From Phoronis australis (Eukaryota; Animalia; Phoronida), in contig NMRA01000450.1 in NCBI GenBank assembly GCA_002633005.1, forward strand, positions 226,876 through 290,875: a stretch of 64,000 bases of DNA, written 5' to 3'. Every line of letters begins with the position of its first letter. The first letter of the stretch is position 1. This document shows, piece after piece, positions 14,301 through 26,300 of the stretch. The notes below the pieces were generated by a model. That model searched no databases and was not told the origin of the DNA. It saw only the letters and a program-made list of their open reading frames with translations. The position numbers and the translations under genes are program-made.

Positions 14301-17300
14301 GACTTCATTGAACACCAAGAGCTTCTATTTAATCATATCCTTTGCAATGCTCTTTTTTGAAGTTTGACATTTAAATCAGACTTGCTGCTTTATTTTTGAA
14401 AGTTGACATTTAAATACCAGTTCTTGCTTTATGCTGTGTGTGGTGGGCAGCCTGTTTATTTCCTGTGTTGTCTAACAGTTGTGTATTGTTTCAGCCACTA
14501 CCCTACCACAAAACACACGGTGGTTGCAGACACTCCTGAAAACAGAAGGATCACCAAGAACACTCAGATCCAGAGTAATGTAAGTAGCAGCAGATGACAG
14601 AGGTTCAACTCATCAGTTATCATCGTTATGCTGACTCATCAATACACTCTGTTGATGGGCCTTCTGTACTTTTTCTAATAATCTTCAGCACCCTCTATTG
14701 TCAAGCATTCGCTCTTTCTGTACGTTTGCTAGTCCTAATGGTAGGAGTCTGTTTCGGGGGTTCAGTGTATTCTGCGCTACCTGGTGGCCACTTTGATTAT
14801 TTTGAATGTTTTTGTTGTCTACCTCTGTATCTGCCAAACCACTCAGAGGATCATGAAAATTGTCAAATGTCTTCATACTGACCATGCGCGCACCCAGGGG
14901 GGCTGGGGGGGGGGCTCAAATGAGCCCCCCATTTGGCGCAGTGGGCAAAAAGGTCCACCATGTGAGAAACCAAAAGTCCACTAAACAAGCACAAACGCGC
15001 AATTCACAGTGGTGCAGAATAAATTAAATCCTCTGAAATTTGGAGGAAAGTGTATTCTTGTTACATTGACCACATATCAACAGGTGTCGCTACTGCTTTG
15101 CCTCCTGCTGGAATGCAATGTTTTATGGTGGCCTCATTGTATCTTTTGAGTTGCTCAACAGATTTTCATGAAAAGTGGCAAATAGTTTTGCATTGAGGAA
15201 ACAGTGGTGCCTTTTTGTTTTCAGACAGTTTGACGTATTCTGCACCATCTAGTGGCCATTTTTATGGTACTAATTAACAGCCCTATATTTGCGGTGTAGT
15301 CGTGGGCGTCTTTCAATGCTTCGCATTGCGCTTGTTATTTTCGATGCCAGCCTTCTATCCGCCAAACTGTTCAAAGGATGATCAAAAAAATTGGCAGATG
15401 TGTTCTTACTGACAACAGTGTGGTTAACATTGATTTACAGACCGTCCGTCTACTGTGCCCCTCCCCCCAAATGGCTTTTTTGCGTCAACCTCTTGCAGGA
15501 TCTTTGTGAAATATGACAAATGACAAATGTATTCCTATGAATGTGGCAACAAATGACAACCACAGCTGTCTAATATTGACAATTCTATTTTTTTACGTTT
15601 GCTTCTGTATCCTCGTAATACCTGGGCGAATTTTCATGAAATTGTGCTAATAGATTTTTGTGAGGAAGACAAACTTCTCATTTTCTATCGGCTGCACAAG
15701 GACACCTAGAAGACATTATTTTATACCAATAAACATTTCTAGATGTATACCGTATGAAGTGCACATTTCAATGCTTGCGTTCCTCTTACTTCTTATTCTG
15801 TGGTGAAAATTGTCTTTCTGGTGTTAATGGGATACGTTAGAGGTCCTTCTGAGTAACATTGATGCTTTGGTGTTACGCGAAGCACCCGTTATCTGGGAAA
15901 TTTGAAGCCTCTTGTAATTGACGATGACACGAGGTTGCAAAGCTCAGGTTGATCTATTAGTTTTATGGAACACTTGAGTCCCATGCTCCACCACTAACCA
16001 CTGACTGGTTAGATTGAAGACGACCACTAATGATAGGTGAATGGAGCTCATCAAGAAATCTTGAATAAGCTTACTGGGACAGTCATCTTTTTCACTGTTG
16101 AATAACAAGCTTAGGAAAATCTTCCCTCATGGTAACGGTCCTTGTGCAGCCTTGGATACCAGTGTTGGTCAGTAAAGTAGTCCAAGCTCTCTATCTCTAT
16201 AGTGAATTCCATGACCAGCCAAAAACTTGTTTTCATACGGACCTGACTAGTCATCAAAACGAATCTCTCCCATCTCGTACTCCCACATGACAACAGCCCT
16301 AGCCATATTTCTATTTTTCAGAAGCTTGTCACATTGTTGCCAGTGTTGAAAATTTTACGAAATGTTGCTTGGTGATAACTGCCTCATAGAAACTATGTAA
16401 AAAGCGGAGTAAATTTTCCTTAAAAGTTATTTTTGTTGAGAAATTTAACCAAACAAAATTTCGCCTGTCCGCCATACTGTGTCCCAAACTGAAGATTTTT
16501 TGTCATAAATGAGGATGCCTGCTAGTAAAGTTATGCTAGTTTGGTGTCAAGCCTTGAATAGGTCCAAAAAGCTTGTATAATATTTTTCCATGCTTGAATA
16601 AGTTTGTGTACTTTTTAGCTTGCTTACCCTTGCCTGTAAAGATTATTCAAGCTTGATGATTTTCTTATTATACTTGTGTATCATCAATTTGTCTGGGGTC
16701 AGTTTGCACAAACTCCAGGCTGTTGTGTAAAATGCACTTACATCCAGACTAAGTTTTAGTATGAATTATTATGTGTGAATAATGGTGTAATGCACGGTCA
16801 ACATGCACCAGTAGTCTACGTTCACACGTCCTTGAAATAAATTCAAAGTATTTTTGTGCTTCGGTTTTATTCCGTCCATTCTCTCTGGCTATTTGTTCAT
16901 GTCAAAGATGACCATTTCAAAAATAATTGCAGCCAGTCATTTACTCATTGTACCAGACGTGCACAGGTCGCGCATGTGGGCCTATTGCACTGAGCACTTG
17001 TAACCATTTTTGTGCTTTATTAACATACAGTTAAAACCGCGCTGAGAAGCTAGAAACCTGACTCAAGAGTTTAGCATTGTGGCCCAGTGGGACTCGAACC
17101 CACAAGCTCAAGTAAAGAAAGCGGGCTCCTATCACGCTAGGCCACACTGCCTCCTCCAATATGACCTTAGCTCACGCTGTTGTTTTCTGATACAGATCAA
17201 ATACCATGAAGACTTTGAGAAGGCGAAGGGATCAAAGATTTCAGTGGCTGCGGACCCCGAGACGGAGCGAATCAAGAAGACGATGCAGACCATTAGTAAC

Positions 17301-20300
17301 GTGTCCTACCATGGCGAGTTGGAGAAAAAGATGGAGCAAGAGTCACACCGACCGAGTCATGCTGTGGAAGGTAGGGTCACGTGATCAGTGCACGGGATGT
17401 GGGGGGAGGGAGGGGGGGAGAAATAGACAGACAGTGTAGACATTTGATAACGTCTTATTTCCTTGGATGAAGAAGGACGATGGAATGCAAGTCACGCCTT
17501 CTAAATAACTGAATGAAAGGTAGGGTTGCTTAATCAGTAGGAGGAACATGGGTTGTGGTCTGACTATGCAGGAACTTAATAATTAGGTCTGTTGCAAGAT
17601 ATGCCATGTTGAAGTGCTGTCTTTTCTAGAAAGTTGACTGCTTCGCAGAATCCACAGAATCTGTGTAAATAAGTATGTTTTGTCTACTTAAATGCCTGAG
17701 AAGTCAACAAATGGATAGAGAACAAGTAAAAACCTGTTTACTCCATTACTCCAGCTTCAGCTAGAAGGGTGGGATTTACTGATTTGGTGTTTGGTGGTAG
17801 TGAGTTTGTGACTGTCTAGACCTATGGGACTTTTAAGAACTATGCGACAGTCTTGTATTCTTATCTCTTACTGACCTTTTTTTTACAACTCCCAGTCCTG
17901 CCAGATGGTATGAAGGTTTGATAAATGTTGTGTTTTCGTCGAGCTGCCATTGTTTAAACAAACGCATACATTTTCGTATTGTTTTATGAATAATCGCCTA
18001 GTATTCAGTTGACTCCTTCATTGATGCTTCAAAATCTTTCATTTTCTCCGCTCAAATATTGTTTTAAATTCTAGTAAGCTGTCAACATGCGTTGTTTATT
18101 TACTATGAACTTTGTAGTCGCTCAGTATTGTTTGACGTTGTTATCACTTGGCATCGTGTTGTGTCAAAGGTTTGATGATTGCTTATTGCTGTTTATCTTT
18201 TCGATACGTTTTGTTCGCTCAGTCTATTTTATCTGTTGATATTGGAATCGTCTCCCTCGTCTGTCATCAGGTCAACCAGCTGGGGCGCCACCTATAGGTA
18301 ACAATCAGTCATGTCCACTTGTGCCTGACACTGTCCTTACACTTCAGAATCTAACTGCAGTAATCGATAACCTCCGCTTTGTATATTAGAAGTTTACCAA
18401 AAAGTCTCCATGTAGTAAGCCATCCTTTGATGAATTGTCTGGCCTCGTTTTCATCTTTAACTTTGTGATAACTTTGTTTTGGGGCAGCCTACACCAAGAG
18501 CGAGACATTGTTTTCTATTTTGTTCATAGATCACGGCATGGTGTTGTTTAGATCCAACGTTTTGTTTTAGTTGCGGGCGAGCCTGCAGTGAATGATGAGC
18601 CCCCTAGTTCTGGTAACTAATACTACATTACACTAAGCTTTGCAACACGTCTGCTTCCCGAGGTCGTCTGCTTGCAAGCTTTGCTCTCATCTGTTATGGT
18701 GCATTATCAGTTGCATGGTCAGCCTTGCAATATTCCGTGTAATTTTACAAGCGATCAAGTCCTCTTTAAATTAATTTGGGTCAGTAAAGCTCCGGGCTGC
18801 GTTCCCTAGACCAAAGACACTCGCAAGATAACAGTTGTGTGTACACGCGCTTCGCTTGTAATGCATGCTGATATCTCGCAGATTTGATTAATCTTGAGCT
18901 TTTTGTGAGAGTCTTGCAGCTATGGAACTCGGCCCAGATCAAGTGTTTACAATATCTTTAATGCTCTGTGACCCATTTACTTGAGGTAGTAAGACTGGTA
19001 TACCTAAAGCATGGTTGTAGGTGTCATGTTTTTGCATAAAACAATAGAAGTATCAATTTAGCTCTACAGGCTTCACATACCAGTTCTACTGTTTACTGTA
19101 AAAATTTACAATGCAACTTTACAAAACAGACCTTTACTGAAATGTTCTAGCAAAAATTGTCTTTCGTCCCTGCTTAAACACAAGAGCCGAAGTTCAACTT
19201 GGATTGACCATTGCATTGTGGGAAGTTTACTTGTACAAAATAATGGTACAAGTCCAGTTGTTGCTTCTGTAGCTTGATGTAGCTTCCCAGTCATTGTGAA
19301 ATGACACGTCCCAGCACTGCTGCTGTGCACTCTAGCCGGAGCCGATGTAGCAAACCAGCTTGTATTTAGCTTCAGTGTTAAACTGCACTTACATGCATGT
19401 CACAGCGGTGTAAGGTTAAGTATACAGTAATTGTAATTTCCTGTTTTCCGTATCGTTGCTCTTGACATACTGCGTTTTCAGATTATATTGTGGCTTGTTA
19501 ATTATTGCCTTTCAGGTAAAGAATGAATAGTTTGTTGTTAAAGTACTACACATGATGTTATCTCATGCGAAACTTCGTTCTTTGACCCCTCTCTTAATAT
19601 TCATTCTACGCTAAGTTGTCCTATTGTCTACTTCAGAGCCACATCAGTCCGGCTATCGTGCTTACAACTACGGTAATCACTGACCACACCTTCTTATTGG
19701 TTGTTTTTCTCTGCTATCATTGATTCCGTTGTTTGTTGTTTGTCACACTTTCACCTAGATTGCCCCTCAGCACCTCCTAGTGTGTTTCATCTTTTGTGCT
19801 TTCTGGAATATCATTTTGATGTTACTGCCGACAAAAAAAAACAAGTCGTTATGTTTTACGGCAACGTGTCAGATCTGTAGTCAGAAACTATAGTTTCGGT
19901 TGAATTCTTGGCTGTTTTAGAGTTTTAGCAAAACTGGATGTCTGTAGAGAGGTATCTTTAATGATAACAGGCAGGTGTTCAGGTTATGACTGTAAAAAAT
20001 CTTTTTGTTGTATTTCTTGAAATGACACAGTTGAGATTATTTTGTATTTTAATGCATGATATTCGTAAAGCCAGTTGGCCCCTGTGTTGGAAACGTGTGA
20101 GCTCCCTACCTATTCACAATGTGTGGGCCTGTTGTTCATGTATGAACTTTGTACCTATACACAGTGTGTGGGCCTGTTGTTCATGTATGAACTTTGTACC
20201 TATACACAGTGTGTGGGCCTGTTGTTCATGTATGAACTTTATACGTATACACAGTGTGTGGGCCTGTTGTTCACATGTGAGCTTGTACCTATATGCTGTG

Positions 20301-23300
20301 TGTGGGCCTGTTGTTCATGTGTGAACTTTGTACCTATACACAGTGTGTGGGCTTCTTGTTCACATGTGAGCGTTCTACCTATACACAGTGTGTGGGCCTC
20401 TTGTTCATGTGGCTTCTACCTGTACTCACTGTTTGGCTGTTGTTCACCCTAATTATTTACAGTGTAGTGTATAAACTTGTTTTCATTTCTCTTATTGCAA
20501 AAATCCCATAACTTAAAACAGTCTTCATTATCAGACAATGAAATTGGTGGGTTAGCAATGTGAAATTTTGATTTTTTTTATTCAAATTGAAAATAACAAA
20601 AAACCATGGATGGGCATTTAGCCAAGTATGGGTGTTTAAGTCAAGGTTTTAAAAAGTTGGGCTTTTCTGTAGTTTTAGCTGCGTGTGCTGTGTTGTTTTT
20701 GTCTTGTCTTCCATGAGTGTTCGTAGCTAGTTAGGTAATGTCAGCACAAAGTGTGTCATGCGTGTACATACAAGCCACCCAAACATTAGCGCGCATGATC
20801 AGGCATATACAAGTACACATGCCTGCGCTTTCAGTGGAGTCCAAAAATATGACTGTTTAAAATTTCTAGGTTACCAACCTATCGATTTGAGCGTATGGAT
20901 CCTTTTCGAGAGTATGGATCCTTTTCGAGAGTATGGATCCTTTTCGAGAGCACTCACAATAACCTGGGCGTACAAGCAAATTTTCTCGCTCAAATCCCTA
21001 TTGGTAAACTCGAAATTTTAAACTGTCCTCTCATATTTTTGTCCGCACATTGCAAGCGCATATTTGTGTAATCACACACCTAGATTGTGCGTGCAGATGT
21101 TTGGGTGCCTTGACATAGGTGATCAGGTAATGCTATCACAAAAGTTCCGTCCACACACAGACTTACCCTGGAACAACTTACACTTGTGCGACTTGCCCCA
21201 ATTCAAATGGAGCATCCACACACACATATCCGATAACTAGCGCAAGGGCGGAAGACCTTTATGTACGTAAGTGCACAAGCACGCAGCTGATTACTTCCGC
21301 CTGCGCACAGCAATTAGTAGTGCCGCAAGTTACTCTTGAACAAGTTACCCTGCCTCGGTAACGTGGAATAAGGTATGACATGCGCGGCAAGTTGCACTAC
21401 TATAAATATACAGTCTCGGAATACCCCCGGAACCTAGTGATAGCTCGTTCCAGGAGTAAATTTTTCTGGGGTTAGTCAGTGTGTGGGCGGCACTAAAGTG
21501 TTTCATGAATGTTCATAGCTAGTTAGGTAATGTCATCTCAGAGTTTCATTTACTGCTGACAGTGAGATGACATCTCTGCATCTAACCATTGGAACTAGTA
21601 TACAGATTTGTTTACGGTAAAAACTCTTCAATTTGGGACAAAGATAATTGGTGAATTTGCCCTATTTTTATTTTTAGACTTAGCACATTGGTGCAAATGC
21701 TCAAAATTTTACCAAATTTTGTTTGGTGATGGCTTCACCATCCATACTATGCTAAAAGCAAAGTAAAGTTTCCCGAAAAGTTATTTTTGTTGAGAAATTT
21801 GACAAAATGAAATTCCACACGTCCGCCATATTGTATCCCAAGCTGATGAATGTTTACAGTACGTTATGGTTTCATTTTGAATGATTAATGTGTGAGCAGT
21901 GATGCAAAAATAGCATTTCCGTATTTGAAAGTTTTAATTTGGCTTAGCCCCGTATTTGCATGGTAAAGTTTCTTTAAATTTGAACTGAAGTAATTGCTAA
22001 AATTGCCATTTTTTAATTTTCCACCAAGTTTGCCTGTGGAATGAAGACACCTGTGTTGTTCGGTTGGTCTTGACGAGAGTTGTGCGCAGTTGCATGAAAC
22101 AGTTCCAAATAGGGACTCAACTAAGTTCTCTAAATCTACTACACATATGTGGACTTGTGGAAACACCGATTTCCTTTCTTATATGGTTTTAGTTTCATTA
22201 CTAAGTCAAATTTGGCCTTCGACACAAATTGAGAGTGAACTCGATCGAAAATAAATAAAGATTGTTTCATGCAATCTTCCTAATTTAAGGACTAAGTCTC
22301 TTTATTTTTCATTGAACTCGGGACTCAGTTTTTAGTTTAATTACTAGAAAGTGTCATTAGTGAAAGAGGAGCTCATAATATAATAAAGATGAAATGATAG
22401 AAAAAGATTTCATATGTGAATAAAGAAAGACACAAATACACAAAGATTTGGGGTTCTTAGTTGAGTCCCTATTTGGGACTGTTTCTTGTAATGGAGCACA
22501 GCAGTTCTAACACAAAGTGCTGTAAAATAGGCTAGTGTATTAGGTGTTCTTGTGGTAAATGGCCTGGCAACATGGCCATTGTTTCATTCAATGCACAAGG
22601 TTATTTCAGCTGGTCAGTTACTCAATTGTCTTGCAGCCTCACCTTGTGTAACACCATGGCCTGAAACCAGCAAACTTTATTTGAGACTCGACTCGAAACT
22701 TGACCGTGTGCAGTTTGAGTGTTACCTCAAATTCAGTCTTGAATAAAGTTTATAGGTTTCGGGATCATGTAATACTTATTGTACATGGACACTGCCTGCA
22801 GAGAACTACCGATGGATGACCACTCTCTGAGCATAACCCTGTTATAGTCCTGTGCTGGTGGCAGTTTCAGTTCCGCTTTAGCTCCACATTCTCCAGGTAG
22901 CCCCGTGTTCACGTGATGCCTGTACATACTTCATGACTCGGCGCCCCGTGCTCACGTGACGCCTGTATCGTTTACAGAACCACAACAGCAACAGCAGCAG
23001 CACGGAATAGTGACGATGAACCAGCCTCACCGGCGCCAGCCAGGCAGTATCTCCAACTATGACCCTATGTCGCAGGAGAGCGTCTACACATCATCACCTT
23101 ACAGTAATCAACGCGTGGGCACACGCGTCTATAGTAGTTCGCAAGGTAGGACGCGTGTCCGTCCGTGTCTCACTGTAGAAGATGTATTGTGACCGCATGT
23201 TGTTACATTACTCATCAATTACCATAGTACCCATTAGCTATTAATGACCATGTACTGCCAACAGTAGCCTTCCAATGGTTGAATACCTTGTACAGCAGCA

Positions 23301-26300
23301 CTTCATAGACTTGGGTTGACTGATACTCGCCGGTTTAACACAACCAAGGCTGTAGAGCTTAATATGCCAGGCTGGAGTATGATCCACACGTCTGAGAAAT
23401 GCTGTTGTAAGGGTCTTGGGTTTGTTAGATAATCATAACTGAATGGAGTATTTTTCAATTAATTTGTAGAGTGTGTCATATAGTATTGCCCATGCATGCT
23501 TTAAACTTGAACTTAACCTTGCAGCCTATATACCTTTATCACATCACACTAAACTAATACTGCATTGTGAGGCTATAAGATGGCTACCCTTGTCTTTATT
23601 ATCAAGGTGCATGTCTTTGTTACCGTGCTGCGTGTTATTGGCCATCTCATCATGACTGTACATTGCCACCCAGGCTTGGGGGCATGTTTTACGGTTTGGT
23701 CGTATGTCTAGCGTAACTCAGACAGTCATATTTTAGAGTTCATGTGGCGCACACTTCATTCTTTGCACAAGTGGCTCGTGAAGTTTGTCACTGGTCATGG
23801 TCACGCTCTACGCTTAAATTTAACTCAGTTGAGGTTATAGTTGTTTAGATAAACATGTCGCGTTCAATTTCGCGTCTTAGCTATGGCCAGACGTACGACC
23901 ATTGATAAAAGTGGCCCCACCTATTTAGGTGCATTTTAAGAACTGAAACTGGAAAGGAGACTTGACCACAGCAATGGTGGCTGACGATCACTTGAGACCA
24001 ATGTCTTCATGTGAACACCGCAGTGGTGGCTGGCTGGTCACGTGAGGTCATTGTGCTCGTTTGAACACGATAATGGTGGCTGGCTAGTCACGTGAGGCTG
24101 GTGACTTCATATGACTACTTGCTGAGTGGGATGTGGCAACTACTCGACTTGTCTTACTTTATGCTCCTATAACATACACCTTTGAAGTTCATTAAATCAA
24201 TGCTCAAGACAACTAAATATTATTACTGGAGACTGCTAGAAAAGTTACCGCACACCTGGCATGTTTACAGTAATTAGCCAAATTTGGTACCATGTAATTG
24301 GTAGTTTTTCATGTAGAACCTCGTGTAAATTTCAGAGGTTTCAAGCTTAAGTCCACAATACCCTCTGATGCACCATTGAAGCAGTTCCTCGTAGTCCCAG
24401 CAGGTGGCAGAATAGGTCATCAGTAGCAAGACGTTTCTGGTCACGATTGATTTGAGCGAGTAAGCCATTAAACAGTCGAGAGTTTTTACCAAATTCCATT
24501 CAGTCAGTGTACTGCGTGGTTGGAGCAATGCACACTGGAATCCAATATTATGCAACGAAAATTGATCATTTCTGTTGTGGATATGTTTTCTGCTGTGAGC
24601 CTTTTCATTGCTACCTTGATTGACACAGCCACGCCTTGCACACAGTGCCATCTGTTGTTATTTGTGGACAAGTCATGAACACTGACACACCCATTCTGTA
24701 ACTGCATGTCGCTTTGTCAATTTACAGCCTCAGAACCACAGCCCAGAACACGCAGGGTCGGCTCGATTGCCGACTATGACCCGGTCAACGAACAGTTTGG
24801 CTCTATCGCCGGTCAGTACACGGCTCCACCACCTGAAGCCGCGCCCGCACCACCTACAGAGCAGTATAGAGAGCCCAGCCCCCCACCGGTCCANAGTACA
24901 GAGAACCTAGCCCCCCACCCCAACAAAGTTACCGTGAACCATCTCCTCCACCGGTGGAGACGTACTACCGTGAGCCATCCCCTCCCCCAGAGCCCAGTAG
25001 CCCCCTTCCCGCTGCTGACATGTTTGCTCGCTCCATTAGTCAGCCCCCTCAGGAAGAATCCATAGATGAAGGTAGTGTAACATGAAGACTAGTGACATCT
25101 GGTGGACAGTCAAGTGATTGGTAGTTTTGCAGTACTCTTTCAGACTAGTTACTAAGTACATTTAATGCTTTTTTTGTGGACTCGAAGGCCATTTCTCAGT
25201 AAAACACTTAAAAACCAAAATCAATGATTTCAGGCAGCCATTTGACGTTTTTCAGAAGTAAAGAATTGTTTGGTTGTTAAATATTTAAGAAAACAGTACA
25301 AATACACTGTATCAATTAAAATTTTTGCGTTTCTAGGCCAACGTTGGCGATTGTCCCAGTTTCCCTCTCACTTGACTGCCTATCATATACAATGTCTATG
25401 TCTTAAAGGTGAACTCGGCCGTTTTTGATGTTAAGTAACAGATCCCTGGTTATGTTGGAGGTACATTTTGCCTGTTATTTATTGTTCCTCTTGTGCCAAT
25501 GTACTATCCGTGGAACAATAGATTGTGCCCTGGACTGCCCAACTGAACACCAGCATCTTGGTTTTACATTTAGTCTTCCATTGAGCAAACACAATGTCCT
25601 ACTAGCTGTGAAATACAGTCTGTGACGGTCATTGTACTTAATAGAAGTGGATGCTAAACCAAATCACGGGCCTTTTGTTGGGTCGTCTGTCACTTTCCAT
25701 TGTTCTGTGGATGGCAAATGCACACCAACAGTTATTTACACGTAAAAATGTGTTACCAAGGTAACCAGGTATGTTTATTTTTAATTATGGTGACATCAAG
25801 AACAGTTGAAGTTCCTTGAACCCCCCCAGTCACACGTACACATTCTCCCAGATTCTACTCCGTTCACATGACTAGGGCGCATATTGTAGGAAAAGCATTA
25901 TGTTCTGTCTAACCTGATATGAATTTTAAAAATGGTGGTGGGCACTTTAGTGTTAGCAGCTGTTGGTGGGAGTCCCCAAATTCAGTTGGAATGTGCATCA
26001 CGTTTTTTCGTGAGTACATCAAATTTACCCCCCGATGTCAGAATATGACCTGAATGTTTAAGTGTGACCTGGGCTTTAGTTGTCTGTAGCGTTAACATGC
26101 ACTTTACCGGATTTTGGTTTCTAATTGTATTTTAACCACAAATTATTGTCTAGTTATTGCATCCTATTGTTTTTTTTTTGATAGTCTCCAGTTGTTATTT
26201 TTAAATTTTCTTCCGACTCTACTAACCTGTAATTGGAACAATTGGTGCATAAGAACATGCGGTTGGCAATTCACAAATTATTAAGTGGGAAAATGTGAAT

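Noticed and set aside
17078-17153. tRNA gene on the minus strand
   Set aside because: A and B boxes are present but the anticodon arm is degenerate, and the adjoining body recurs at 47595-47775; it is a SINE head.
18530-18540. 11-nt microexon ATCACGGCATG
   Set aside because: Not frame-preserving, poor donor (gtgttg), and the following intron would be only 30 nt.
19986-20511. Cys-rich repetitive ORFs
   Set aside because: Translations of a 45-nt minisatellite that is open in several frames.
22882-22896. 15-nt microexon APHSP
   Set aside because: Frame-compatible, but the donor (gtagcc) and acceptor are weak; too speculative without RNA data.
24890-24900. LASP pseudogenising frameshift
   Set aside because: The shift coincides exactly with an N inside a tandem coding repeat. 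The other single Ns (5951, 14146, 36027, 47348) also sit in repeats, indicating assembly gaps.
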